Origin: an uncultured Acidobacteriota bacterium
GTDB lineage: Bacteria; Acidobacteriota; Vicinamibacteria; Vicinamibacterales; 2-12-FULL-66-21
DNA length: 64,000 nucleotides
Reading direction: 5' to 3'
Assembly (NCBI GenBank): GCA_963847975.1
Contig: CAWKBU010000029.1
Coordinates: 229,064-293,063, forward strand
In this document: positions 38,586 to 49,907 of the stretch, in pieces
How positions within the stretch are numbered: the stretch's first letter is position 1
Layout: the number at the start of each line of letters is the position of its first letter
Position numbers and translations under genes: made by a program
The notes under the pieces: model-generated
Told to the model about the DNA's origin: nothing
Database searches by the model: none
What the model saw: the letters and a program-made list of their open reading frames with translations, nothing else

Positions 38586-39329
38586 TCATTTCTCGAGGGC
38601 AGCCAGCCGATTCGAGAGCCGTCCGGCGTTGTGACAGTTCTTGCACGTGAGGTTGGTCTTCGCGGCGCTCGCGGGATCCGTCTTCCACTGCCTGGCCATG
38701 GCCTCGTACTGCGTGTCGGCCAGCATCGTCAGCATCTTGTCGACGTACTGCGCCGACTCCTCGCTGCGGCCGGTACGTTGCGCCGACTGCGCCAGCCCGG
38801 CCAGGAGCTCGCCCTTGTGGTGCAGCGGAAGCTTGTCGATTCCGCGGCCCTGCTGCTTCCACAGGATGGAGTAGTTGTCGTAGGCCTGTGACCACGCGGC
38901 CGCGCGCAGCTTCTCGGGCAAGCGGTCCGCGAAGACGGCGAACGTCCCGCCAGTGATGGCCGCGACGCCCTCATTTCCCGACTCGATCTTCGCCGCCGCG
39001 GCGAAGCCATCGAGCGCCTCGGCGAAGCGGCGCTTGAACTCCTCGGCCCGGCCGGCCTCGTGCGCCAGCACGGCTCGATACGTCGCCGCTCCGGCCTTCC
39101 AGGCCAGGAGGTTGGCGCGCTGGTCGGGGCGTTCCCGCAGCAGAGTGTCGATGTTCTTCTCCGCTTTCGACAACCGGTCCAGGTTGTTGTTCTGGAATCC
39201 CGCGAAGACGTCTTCCCGGAGCAGCGTGTGAACCGACAGCCGCATGTCCGACAACGGGGGATCCGTCGCCTGCGCGGCCGCGGCGGCGACGACAGCGAAC
39301 ACAACCAGAGCACTGTTCAGCAGGCGCAT
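38586..39329 (-). CDS. Secreted all-helical protein with a single C-terminal CxxCH heme-attachment motif (class II cytochrome c-like topology)
   Basis: Signal [22 protein letters not shown] helical, Ala/Leu-rich body ends in ...[23 protein letters not shown]. Confidence 0.65.
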   Translation of the reverse strand: MRLLNSALVVFAVVAAAAAQATDPPLSDMRLSVHTLLREDVFAGFQNNNLDRLSKAEKNIDTLLRERPDQRANLLAWKAGAATYRAVLAHEAGRAEEFKRRFAEALDGFAAAAKIESGNEGVAAITGGTFAVFADRLPEKLRAAAWSQAYDNYSILWKQQGRGIDKLPLHHKGELLAGLAQSAQRTGRSEESAQYVDKMLTMLADTQYEAMARQWKTDPASAAKTNLTCKNCHNAGRLSNRLAALEK

Positions 39330-39390
39330 CGAATCTCCTTTGTCGTGGGGGACGCTACACTATCATGGCAACCGGAAAGGAGCCCCCACC

Positions 39391-40335
39391 GTGTCAACAC
39401 GCACAGCGGCTGCCACGTTCGCAATCTGTCAGCTGATCTCTCTGCCGCTCTCCGCGCAAACGCCCGACGTCTTCGACCGCGTGAAGCATGGGTATGCGGA
39501 GTCCGAGGCCGGCGTGAAGATTCACTATGCGACGCTCGGCACCGGGCCCCTCGTCGTGATGATTCACGGCTTTCCCGACTTCTGGTACACGTGGCGGCAC
39601 TCGATGGCGGCGCTGTCCGACACCTTCCAGGTCGTCGCCATCGACCAGCGCGGCTACAACCTGAGCGACAAGCCGAAGGGGGTCGAGAACTACGACATGC
39701 GGCTGCTGGTCGCTGATGTCGCGGCGGTCGTCCGCACCCTTGGGCGCGACAAGGCAACGATCGTCGGGCACGATTGGGGCGGGATGGTCGCCTGGCAGTT
39801 TGCCATGAGCCGGCCGGAGATGACCGAACGCCTGATCGTGCTCAACCTGCCGCATCCGCGCGGCCTCCTGCGAGAGCTCGCGTCCAACCCCGAGCAGATT
39901 GCGAACAGCGAGTACGCCCGTGCGTTCCAGCGCGGGTCTCCCACCGACGCGACGATCTTCTTCGGGCGTCCGATGACCTCCGAGACGCTCTCGGGCTGGG
40001 TCACCGACGCGGCCGCGCGCAAGCGCTATGTCGAGGCCTTCGCGCGTTCTGACTTCGACGCGATGCTGAACTACTACAAGGCGAACTATCCGAAGGGGTC
40101 TGGCGCAGAGGCGCCGCCGGTGCCCCCGATGCCGAAGGTCGGCGTGCCGGTGCTGATGTTCCACGGTCTCGGCGACCGTGCGCTCCACCAGAACGGCCTC
40201 GCCGGCACCTGGGACTGGCTCGATAAAGATCTCACGCTCGTGACGATTCCCGGCGCCGGGCACTTCGTCCAGCAGGACGCCGCCGAGCTCGTGACCTCGA
40301 CCATGAAGTGGTGGTTGACGATGCGCGCGCGGTGA
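39391..40335 (+). CDS. Alpha/beta-hydrolase, epoxide-hydrolase-like
   Basis: GGAAAGGAG RBS before GTG 39391. [18 protein letters not shown], nucleophile elbow [13 protein letters not shown]-terminal GAGHFVQQD. Confidence 0.85.
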   Translation: MSTRTAAATFAICQLISLPLSAQTPDVFDRVKHGYAESEAGVKIHYATLGTGPLVVMIHGFPDFWYTWRHSMAALSDTFQVVAIDQRGYNLSDKPKGVENYDMRLLVADVAAVVRTLGRDKATIVGHDWGGMVAWQFAMSRPEMTERLIVLNLPHPRGLLRELASNPEQIANSEYARAFQRGSPTDATIFFGRPMTSETLSGWVTDAAARKRYVEAFARSDFDAMLNYYKANYPKGSGAEAPPVPPMPKVGVPVLMFHGLGDRALHQNGLAGTWDWLDKDLTLVTIPGAGHFVQQDAAELVTSTMKWWLTMRAR

Positions 40336-40339
40336 ACTG

Positions 40340-43173
40340 CGCAGGTAACGTCGCTGATGGCGTGGTCGGCGGTCGTCGGCCCGTCGGGTTCGGATGAGCA
40401 GCCAAATGCTGCCCGTCATCTCGACCTGAGTGAACACGAACGCGTTGCTGACGATGGCGGTGCCGAAGGGTGTCGACCCCAGCGGCGCCGCGGGTCGTGG
40501 AGGTGCTGCGACGATGAAGGGCTCTCCGACTGGCGTGCCGCGCGCCGAATCGATCCGCTGCGCGTAGAGGTCTCGGAAGCCGTCGCGTTCGAGCAGCAGA
40601 TACAGCAGACGTCCATCCGGCGACCACCCGCACGCGCGTTCGGCCGAGCCTGCGTGCTTGCTCGAGGACCGTGACCCACTCGCGTTCCGGCGGCGGAGTT
40701 GCCCGGACGCACGGGCGCAATCCAGACGTTGTCGCTGCGAGCCGAACGACGAGCCAACGGCCGTCGGGCGAAAGGTCGGCCCGACCGATGCGGGTCGTCG
40801 GATGCAGTCACGAGGTCCGCTTCGGTGCGATCGACGACGTCGATCGCGCGGACGTCGTGACCACCTGGCAGTCCGTCGAGCGCGAGAATCCGTCGATTGT
40901 CCGCGAACCATCCCGTGCAGCACGCACTCGTCGCAGACCTGCCTGGGCTGTGCCACCGGAGGTCGGCACGACATATCCGGCCGCGTGTGAGACCGTCGCG
41001 CACGCTGTAGGCGACGCTGCGTGCCGTCGTGCGAGATGACCGGATTGAGGCTCGCCGACGGCGTGCGTCACGAGGTGCCGCTCTTGCCCCGTCGGCAGGT
41101 CCTTCACCCAGATCTCGCTCTCGTTCGCGCGGCTCTTCAGATAAGCGAGCAGGCGGCCGGCATCGTCCAGGCTGTTGCGGCCGCCTGCCTGCCCGGCCCA
41201 GAACGTCTGGCGGACGATGGCGCCGGTCGGCGCGCCCTGCGTTGGCATCCAGCGGGAGCGTCAACGAGACGTACCCTTCGCGATGAGGCTTGGAACGCGA
41301 TGCGTCCAGTGTCGTCGGCGGATGGCGCCGAGATCGAATCCCGCGCCGGATGTCAGGCGCTCGAGTGACGTGCTCGACGGCCTGACCCGTGCCGGAGAGA
41401 CCTCGAGCCGCCACAGGCTGACGCTGTCGCCGAGACGCCGCCGAAAAGAGCACGCCCGACGCTGTCCAGATCGCCGGCGGTGTCCTGACCGCGTCCGACG
41501 ACGATCTAGCCGTCGTCGGCATCGGAGAGCCCCGCTCGGCCATGACGCGGTACGCACCGGTCGGCACGGGCTCGCGGCCGTCGAGCGGTGCCCACCACCA
41601 GTCGAATGTGCCGGATGGTGAGTCGTCCGCGGTCTTTCGGCCGAAGAACAGCAGGCTTCTGGCCGTCGGGCGCCCAGACCGGATCGCGCGCGGTCGAGAA
41701 TCCATCGGCGACGCGCGTCGGCTGGCCACCGTTGGCCGGGACGATGAACACGGAGAATCCAGGCCCGCGTGCACCAGCGCCCGAGAGCCATGGTCCCGTC
41801 CAGTACGCGATGCGGCTGCCGTCGGGAGAGAAGCGCGGGCGGCGCCCTCCTTCGGCAATGAGACGCGCGTTGCCGCCGAGCGCAGGCATGACGTAGACGC
41901 CGCCACCGGCGCGGTCCGAGCGAAACGCGATGAGGCTGCCGTCGGGCGAGAAGTCGGGCTGCCGATCGTCGGCGGTATCGTTGGTGAGGGGAACCGGCTG
42001 ACCGCCCGCCGTGCGCTGCAGCCAGAGATCGAGCTGTCCGTCGCCGGTGCGGTCCGACGCGTACACGACCATTGTCCCGTCGCGCGACAGCGCCGGTTCA
42101 GTTGAAAACGCGGCGTCCGCAGTCACACGAGTGAACTGTGGCCCGGGTGACGCGGCCGTGCCGGCCGTTGATCTGCCCGCGGCTCCACGAGCACAGCGGC
42201 GAGCGCGACGATGATGGCCGCGACGCGCGGCTCCAGCAAGAACGACGCAGACTGCTGGCCGACGCGCGTCGATGCGGCGCCTCGAGCGCGAGACGCGTCG
42301 TCTTCGATGTCATCCAGCGCGTGCCGCGCGTCCGCGATGTCGCGAAGCCGCTGATTGCGGTTCTTGTCGAGGCAACGCTCGCAGCAGCCGCCGCAGGCTC
42401 GGTCGGTGTCGCGGCGGGCAACGCGGACCAGTCGGGCTCGCGCTCGAGAATCACGGCGATCGTATCCGGCGACGGTTGCGCGCGCGAACACATCCGGCCG
42501 GAGAGCATCTCGTAGAGCACGCATCCGAACGCCCAGATATCCGTGCGCTTGTCGACGACCTGCCCGCGCGCCTGCTCCGGGCTCATGTAGGCGGCCGTGC
42601 CCAGAATGACACCCATGCGAGGTCATGCGCCGGGCTCGTCATCGTCGGCGACCATGCGTCGCACTCGTTGCGTCGTGACATCGGACTCGAGCGCCTTCGC
42701 GAGGCCGAAGTCGAGCACCTTGACCGTGCCGTCCTGGCGGACCTTGATGTTGGCCGGCTTCAGATCCCGGTGCACGATCCCTTTCTCGTGCGCCGCATCG
42801 AGTGCATCGATGATCTGCATGGCGATCGACAGGGCTTCCGCGAATCGGTGAGCCGGGGCCACCGCAAGCCGATCGGCGAGCGTGGGGCCTTCGACGAGCT
42901 CGAGGACGAGGGCCGTGGTTCCGGCGCTCTCTTCGATGCCGTAGATGGCCGCGATATTGGGATGGTTCAGCGCGGCGAAGAGCTCCGCTTCGCGCTCGAA
43001 GCGCGCGCGGTGATCGGCCGTGTCAGCTGCCACTCCTGAAGGACTTTGACGGCGACGTCGCGCTTCAGGCGGGTATCACGCGCGCGGTAGACCTCGCCCA
43101 TGCCACCGGAACCGATCGGTGCCAGAATCTCGTACGTCCCGAACCGGGCACCGGTGGAAAGACGCAACGGCAT
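40340..43173 (-). pseudogene. Ser/Thr kinase + TM + TolB-like propeller (kinase 2), heavily frame-disrupted (at least 8 frame changes); 3' end uncertain
   Basis: Fragments in order. 42967..43173: [35 protein letters not shown]. 42623..43033: [17 protein letters not shown]. 42098..42616: [10 protein letters not shown]. 42123..42626: [23 protein letters not shown] plus TM. 41506..42126: SRDGTMVVYASD..SPDGSLIAFRS..SPDGSRIAYW. Also parts of 40416..41906, 40808..41248 and 39394..40974 (...RDGFRDLYAQRIDSARGTPVGEPF...). Confidence 0.7.
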
Positions 43174-43230
43174 CAGAAGGTTTGCATCGCCAAGTCCAGT
43201 CGGCGTTAAGGGCTACATCACAATCGTAGA

Positions 43231-43389
43231 GCACTCAGCGTGGCACGATCCCGTGAACGCGTTGCCCACATCCTGATGGTGCCGCACTCGACCTTCCCCA
43301 ACAGGTACGCCAGGACCTTCCGTGGCGCGTTCCAACAGGCCGCCGACGACGCGCTGGGCTGGTCATCGACCCATCGCGGTTACTCGTAG
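43231..43389 (+). pseudogene. Relic 3' fragment of a beta-lactamase-family gene, paralogous to the end of 37327..38553
   Basis: gcactcagcgtggcacgatcccgtgaacgcg...atcctgatggtgccgcactcgaccttccccaacagg...ggcgcgttccaacaggccgccgacgacgcgctgg aligns by eye with 38413-38545 (ggcacgcaggcgtggatcgatcccgtgaaaggc...atcctgatggtgcagcgctcgaacttccccaacagc...ggagcgttccagcaggccgccgcggacgcgctcg). Translation is W.DPV... ILMV..S.FPN.....RGAFQQAA.DAL, with one internal frameshift and nothing upstream. Confidence 0.7.
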
Positions 43390-43932
43390 TCCATGTTCAA
43401 TTCCACGACGACAGGTTTGTTCGCATCCTTCGGAAACGTACAGGGCGAGTTACTGCCGACCGTGACTTTCGTGATCCCACCTTCGGGATCATTTAGCTTG
43501 ACCTTGAGTTGCTTGCGGTTGCGGCCGTCGTGCTCGAGATCCACTCCAGACCGCACGGTCGGTTCGTTGACATTCGAGGTGTCGCGCTCGAGAGCCAGTG
43601 TCACCGTGTGCTCGACCGAGTTCGAATTGTAGACGACGGTCACCGTGTCACCCGTCAACACCTGCCGTCACAAGCAGCTTCCATGGCGTTCTCGACGGTG
43701 ACTTTGTACTGGCGGACTGACTTACCATCCGGGTGATCGTGCTTCACTCGCTGTCAGTCAGCCTCTTCCAGTTCTTGCCGTGGTTTCCCCCGTCCCCGCT
43801 CCGTATCCTCAGCTTTCCGTTCCTGACGATGATCTCGGGGCGATCCTCGTCGCCGCCCAGTCGCTTCTTGAACTTCCAGAAATAGAGCGCCACACCCGCG
43901 GCAATAGCGATGAGGACGAGTGTTGTCTGCAC
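43380..43932 (-). CDS. Lower-GC orphan: either one ~180-aa membrane-anchored protein (two frame corrections) or two to three coupled small ORFs
   Basis: AAGGAG RBS 7 nt before GTG 43932. The 62-aa ORF is MQTTLVLIAIAAGVALYFWKFKKRLGG... (N-terminal TM). Its stop overlaps a GTG (GTGA), giving VKHDHPDGKSVRQYKVTVENAMEAACDGR. Then comes ORF 43380..43661: LTGDTVTVVYNSNSVEHTVTLALERD...VVVELNMDYE*. Hand-counted GC over 43381-43800 is about 57%, against about 70% in the flanks. Confidence 0.5.
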
Positions 43933-46881
43933 TACCGTGCTCCTTTTCGTAGCGTAAGGCTCTCGAGTCGGCCCGCTGGCGCAGCTCGACTATATCGGGA
44001 CGCGCCATGTAAATCGAGAGATCCGTTCTCCAGGTGGTCTCGAGGCGCTGCCAGGCCTGCTGGGCGCGGTCGGCGAGGTCTCGCGCGGAATCCTCGAGGC
44101 CGGGCTGCTGCCGGGCCGCGGCTGCGCCCGTTGCGGCCACTCGCCACTCGAGCTCGTGCGACGGCGCGCGGGAGAGCTCGTCGAGCAGTGCCAACGCGCC
44201 AGCCAACGCGGTCGCGCTCTCGCCGGAAACCAGGCGGGTCGCTATCTTCCATACCGGATCTCACGGGACGTTGGGAGTGGAAGGGAAGCAGGCAGATCGG
44301 GTTCGATCCGAGAGCCGCCGCGGCGCAGACGTGCTCGTGCATGATCGACGAGCGCCGACGAAGGAGCGCCGTCCCATCGGGCGCTTTGCCCGGGTTGAGA
44401 CCAACGCTCAGACCGGCCGTGACGGTGTCCGCCCAGCGCCCGTCGACGGTCGCGTGCAGCGTTCGTACACCTTCACTCTGCGGGTTCGGCCGATATAGGC
44501 ATCGATTCCTTTGTCGATCCCGACGTCTACCTCGCGCAGCAGCGCTTCTGCCTTCTCGCCATGACCCAGCCGGATCAGCAGCTCAGCGCGATTGGTCAAG
44601 TCGAAGGCCAGAGTATAGGCGTTGCCTTGGCGGCGATGAATCTCTTCGGCACGCTCACGATAGCGAAGCGCGTCCGGCAGAAGGCCCAGCGTCGATGACT
44701 GGCCGGCGAGGTTCTCGAGCGCCAGGGCGATTGCGTGTCGTCCTGAATCTTCTCCGCGATCTCGAGCGACCGCTGAGCCGTCGTGCGTGCTTCCTCGAAG
44801 CGACTCAAATCCTCATGGCCGCGCGAGATGATCCCGAGGGCCGTCAGCTCGAATCGCGGGTATCTTTGGGCACGGACGAACTCCAGCTCGCTCCCCGCGA
44901 GCCTGACGGCGTCCTCAGGCTTGCCCCGCGACAAGAGCAGACTAGCGGATTGAAGTGTCGCCCGCGTGGTCAACCGCCTGGCGCTCCGTTCTTCCGCGAG
45001 CGATCTTGCGCGATCGAGCTGAGTCTGCGCGGCGTCGAGATTGCGCAGCAACTGCAACGTCGTTCCGAGCTCGAGGAGGCCCTCTGCTGCGACGGTGTCG
45101 AGCCCGGCGTCGCGCGCCGCATCGACGGCCTGCGTGGCGAGCAGTTCGGCCTCCCGCAAACGCCCCTCCGAAGCGGTTACCGCCGTCAGCTGCAGCTGGG
45201 CGCGAATCTCGTGATATCGACTTCCCATGCTCGCCGCCAGCGTGCGTGCCCGCTCGAGCGCACCTCGCGCAGCGGCGACTTCTCCGAGATCGGTCAGAAA
45301 GGACCCGCGTCGGAGAAGTGACTCGGCTTCTCCCTCGGGGTTCGACGCGATCTTGTACAGCCGTTCGGCGTTTTCGAGCGCTTGCTCGGCCCGGGCGCGC
45401 CGCCCCTCTTGCGCATCGAGCGAGCCGAGTCGCAGATGCGCCGCCGCGTACTGTGAGTCGATCTCGATAGCACGCTCGTAGCTGCGCCGCGCGTCGGCGC
45501 GGGTGGCGGCGGCCTCCTGCGCCCGACCGAGATCCAGCCAGACGCCGGCTTCGCGGGGGCTACGCTCTGCGAGCTGCCGATACGCGCTCACTCCGCGCTC
45601 GACGTCGCGAAGGACGATTGCCGTGATTGCATCGATCGTCAGACGGTCGTCCGGGTCGAGGCGCGATCGATCGGGCAGTAACTGCGTGACGCGCAGCAAG
45701 GCGTTCTGCGCCTCGCGCTCCTCATCGAGCTCGCTGTGGGCTTCAGCCAGCCGCGCATATGCCTGTGGAAACGTGGGAAACAGGCGAACGGCCTCTTCGA
45801 GCGCCAGGCGTCCGCTGTGTACGCACCGTTTCGGATCGATTCCGTGCCGCGCTGATACCACTGCCTTGCCTCCGCCGTCGGCTGAGGAACAGGCACGCCG
45901 CCCTGCCAAAGCCATACAGCGACACCGGCAGCCAGCACGCCGAGGACGCCTCCCACGGCCGCGCTCGCCCGCCGGCGATGCGACGACTGAGAGCTGACGG
46001 CGACGTCGTGCGTGTCGGTCGGCGCGAATGCGCGCAATGCGCCGAGCACTTCTTCCGCGGACTGGAACCTGTTCGACAAGTCTTTCGCGAGAAGCCTCGA
46101 CACGATGTCATCGTGACGGGCGGTCAACTCGGGCCGCAGGCTGGAAACGCGGGGGGCTTCGGACAGCAGAACCTGGCCACCGATCTCGATCGCGCTGTGC
46201 CCGGCGAAGGCGGGACGGCCCGTCAGGCATTGGAACAGGACCGCCCCGAGCGAGAAGAGATCGCTTCGGCCGTCGACCGGGCGATGCTGGAGCTGCTCAG
46301 GCGACATGTAGCCGGGCGTTCCGACAATCTGGTCCGGACCGGTCAGGTTGGTGTGAGTGTCCTCCTCTTCACCGATCGCCGGCGTCGTCTTCTGGAGAAT
46401 GTGGGCGATGCCGAAGTCGACGAGCTTCGGCCGGCCCGACGGGGTCATGATAATGTTCTGCGGCTTGAGATCGCGATGGATGACGCCCTGGGCGTGGGCG
46501 GTCCGAAGTGCGTCGGCGATGTCGGCCGCCAGTGCAAGCGCCGCTCGAGGGTCGAGGGGGCCACGACGCAAGCGATCGGCAAGCGTCTCGCCCTCCACGA
46601 ACTGCATGACGATGTACAGGCCGGCCGTCGGGTCCAGTCGCGACCTCATGCACGCTGCAGATGAACGGATGGTCGAGCGCCGCTGCGGCCTGCGCCTCGC
46701 GGACGAGTCGGCGCGTCGCGGTTGCGTCGCCGACCCCGCTCAACGTGACGAACTTGATCGCAACATCGCGGTTGAGCGTGAGGTCGCGCGCTAGGTAGAC
46801 GGACCCCATACCGCCCGCGCCAAGCGCGCGCACAAGCTTGTACCTGGAGGAGGGTGACGCCTCCGGCTCGTTCGCAGCCAT
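43932..46881 (-). pseudogene. Ser/Thr kinase + TM + long TPR-repeat domain (kinase 3), frame-disrupted (at least 5 frame changes)
   Basis: 46369..46881: YKLVRALGAGGMGSVYLARDLTLNRDVAIKF. 45639..46649: HRDLKPQNIIM..DFGIAH..GTPGYMSPEQ, with TM VGGVLGVLAAGVAVWLW. 44596..45915: repeated A..Y..A...D... TPR-like helices. It continues in 44408..44599, 43932..44342 and 43754..44206. One candidate stop (TAG 43932-43934) overlaps the GTG of the orphan gene. Confidence 0.7.
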
Positions 46882-47006
46882 GCCGGATCACGGACTCTAG
46901 TCGAATTCTTGAGGGCCGGCAAGGTGCGCACGACGTGGTTGACGGTGCGCGCCGGATGAATCGCTTGAGTGCAGACACCGCAAAACCTGACGACTACGAG
47001 GAGTCG

Positions 47007-47396
47007 ATGGCGCCGATCATTCCCGATCCGCAAAAGATCAAGAGCTTTCGCACCGAGGCGGCGTTCGCGGCGTGGATGAAGGCGAACCACGCGCGCGAGA
47101 CCGAGATCTGGGTGAAGATCCACAAGAAGGGTTCGGGATTGCCGACGGTGACCATCGCACAGGCGCTCGATGTCGTCCTGTGCTGGGGATGGATCGACGG
47201 CATCCGCAAGGCGTTCGACGAGCACTCGTACCTGCAACGCTATACGCCGCGGCGGGCGCGGAGCGCCTGGAGCGAAATCAACCGCGGTCATGTGGAGCGG
47301 CTGACTGCCGCCGGAAGCATGGCGCCTGCCGGCCAGCGGCAAGTGGACGCCGCCAAGGCCGATGGCCGCTGGCCCGTGAAACGACGCCGGGCATGA
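47007..47396 (+). CDS. YdeI/OmpD-associated-family protein (short form, possibly truncated)
   Basis: FRTEAAFAAWMKANHARETEIWVKIHKKGSGLPTVTIAQALDVVLCWGWIDGIRK...YLQRYTPRRARSAWSEINRGHVERLTAAGSMAPAG...AAKADGRW. ATG 47007 has a GAGGAG just upstream. Confidence 0.7.
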   Translation: MAPIIPDPQKIKSFRTEAAFAAWMKANHARETEIWVKIHKKGSGLPTVTIAQALDVVLCWGWIDGIRKAFDEHSYLQRYTPRRARSAWSEINRGHVERLTAAGSMAPAGQRQVDAAKADGRWPVKRRRA

Positions 47397-47475
47397 GCGC
47401 TGACGGCAACGCGACGGCACCAGCGCTTCCGTAGGCGGACGGTCAGGTCGATCGTGTCTCGGCGCGCGTGGTACC

Positions 47476-49867
47476 ATGCGCGCCATCATGTCGAGACTCG
47501 CGTCCCGCACGCTTCTGGCTCTCACTGTCGCCGCCGTTCTCGGTTCCACCCTGCTCGCCCAACAGCGTCCGTCCCTGACCGCCGAGGACTACGCTCGCGC
47601 CGAGCGTTTTCTCGCCGCGGCCGTGACGCCGCTCGTCGTCGGCGGTTCGGTCACCGCGACCTGGCTGGCGGACGACCGCTTCTGGTATCGCAATACGATC
47701 GCCGGCGGCGCCGAGTTCATCCTCGTAGACCCGGTAAAGAAGACGCGCGTCCGCGCCTTCGACCACGAGAAAGTCGCGGCGGCGCTCTCCTCGGCGACCG
47801 GCTCAAAACACGAACCATTCGCCCTGGCGATTCAGGGACTCGTGCCGTCCGCCGACGGGGCCGCGGTGGCGTTCAACCTCGCCGGCCGCCGCTGGAGCTG
47901 CGACACCCAGGGCGCAAAGTGCGCGGAGACCGGCGCGGCCATCGGCGAGGTTGCCGACCCGCCGGCGGGCGGACGCGGCGGGCGCGGTGGCGGGCGCGGC
48001 GGCGCCGGCGGCCGCACCTCGTCTGACGGCAAGCCGCTGAACATGTCGCCCGACGGCAAGCGCGGCGTCTTCATCCGCGACTGGAACCTGTGGCTGCACG
48101 ACGTGGCGACGCGTCAGGAGCGCCAGGTGACCACCGACGGCGTCAAATATTTTGGCTACGCCACCGACAACGCCGGGTGGACGTCGAGCGATCGCGCGAT
48201 CGCGTTGTGGTCGCCGGACTCGAAGAAGATTGCGACGCAGCAGCAGGACGAGCGCGAGGTCGGCGAGCTCTACTTCGTCAACACCGTGCCCGGACACCCG
48301 ACCTTGCGGGTGTCGAAGTATCCCCTGCCCGGCGACAAGGTCATGGCCATGATCCATCGCGTCGTCATCGACGTCGAGGACGGCCGGACGGTCAGGCTGC
48401 AGATGCCGCCCGACTTCCATCGCGGCACCCTCAGCGACAACATCAGCGTCCGCGACTACAACTGGAGCCCCGACGGCTCGAGGCTGGCACTCGCGTCTGT
48501 GTCGCGCGATCACAAGGAGGTCACGCTTCGCGTTGCCGACACCACGACCGGCGCGGTCCGCACGGTGCTCGAAGAAAAGGTGGCGACGCACTACGAGTCG
48601 CGCACGGGCTGGCAGGTCCTGTGGCCGACCAACGAGGTCATCTGGTATTCCGAGCGCAACGATTGGGGCAACCTTTATCTCTACGACCTGACGACCGGCG
48701 CCCTCAAGCGTCCGATTACCAGTGGCGAGGGCCCCGTCACCCAGATCGAGCGCGTTGATGAGAAGACGCGGACATTGTGGTACGGCGCCAACGGACGCGA
48801 GAAAGGACGCGACCCGTACTACACGAGCTACTACCGCGTCGCGCTCGACGGGCCGGCAGCCGGCCGCGCCGTCGCCCTGACGCCGGATGATGGCGTGCAC
48901 GCCATTCAGGTGGCGCCCTCGGGGCGCTACGTCATCGACACGACTTCGGCGCCGGATGTCCCGCCAGCCGTCACCCTGCGCGACGCCGAGGGCCGGCTCG
49001 TGATGCCGCTCGAACGCAGCGACATCTCGAAGCTGCAGGCGACGGGCTGGAAGCCGCCGACGCCAATCAAGATGAAGGCCGCCGACGGCAAGACGGACAT
49101 CTACGGGATGATGTTCACGCCGACGAAGATGGACCCGGCGCGCAAGTATCCAATCGTGAACCAGGTGTACCCCGGGCCGCAGAGCGGCAGCACGGGCAGC
49201 CGCGCCTTCACCGGTGCGCGCGGCGATCGTCAGGCACTCGCCGAGCTCGGCTTCATCGTCGTCACCATCGACGGCCGCGGCACGCCGGGGCGGTCGAAGT
49301 CGTTCATGGACGCCTACTACGGCGCCATGGGCCGCGACAACACCATCCCCGACCAGATCGCCGGCATGAAGGACCTTGCCCGGCAGTTCGCCTTCATCGA
49401 CATCGACCGGGTCGGGATTCTGGGGTCATTCCGGCGGTGGCTTCGCGACCACGTCGGCGATGTTCCGGTATCCCGATTTCTTCAAGGTCGGGATTGCCGA
49501 GTCCGGCAACCACGACCAGCGCAACTACGAGGACGACTGGGGCGAACGCTACCAGGGACTGCTCGTGAAGAACGGCGATGGCACCGACAACTACGAAGTC
49601 GAGGCCAACCAGAACTTTGCCAAGGACCTCAAGGGCAAGCTCCTGCTCGCGCACGGCACGATGGACACCAACGTCCCACCGTCTCAGACTCTGCTGGTCG
49701 TCGAAGCGCTGATCAGGGCCAACAAGGACTTCGACCTGTTGATGCTGCCCAATCAAGCCCACGGTTACGCCACCGCCGCGCCCTACATGATGCGGCGGCG
49801 GTGGGACTACTTCGTGACCTGGTTGATGGGAGCCGAGCCGCCGCGGGAATACAAGATGCGGCCGTGA
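47476..49867 (+). CDS. Secreted S9-family serine peptidase (DPP IV-like N-terminal propeller + prolyl-oligopeptidase catalytic domain); frame change near 49420
   Basis: Signal MRAIMSRLASRTLLALTVAAVLG. DPP-IV-like WSPDSKKIATQQQDEREV..YPLPGD. Catalytic GIWGHSGGGF (after the shift into ORF 49376..49867), LLAHGTMDTNV, NQAHGY. An RGG tract GGRGGRGGGRGGAGGR is encoded at about 47961-48015. Confidence 0.85.
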
Positions 49868-49907
49868 GGATGCTCACCGGCCATCTGAAGCGCGTACAGG
49901 AGCCCTG

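Noticed and set aside
39394-40974. 526-aa minus-strand ORF spanning the epoxide-hydrolase-like gene
   Set aside because: Only its upstream part (about 40340-40700) matches the C-terminal propeller of kinase 2 (DGRLLYLLLERDGFRDLYAQRID...). The rest is antisense read-through across the well-supported + strand hydrolase gene.
43174-43932. Mobile element or prophage remnant explaining the lower-GC island
   Set aside because: I could recognise no transposase, integrase, terminal inverted repeats or tRNA attachment site. Only a gene relic and an orphan gene are present, so I report it as a compositional anomaly rather than a mobile element.
46854-47006. N-terminal 51-aa extension of the YdeI-family ORF, and likewise the upstream extensions of ORFs 54478.., 27718.., 39244.., 53057.., 17023..
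   Set aside because: The extensions are non-conserved-looking Arg/Pro-rich sequence. Internal starts with an RBS, a signal peptide or family-typical N-termini fit better.
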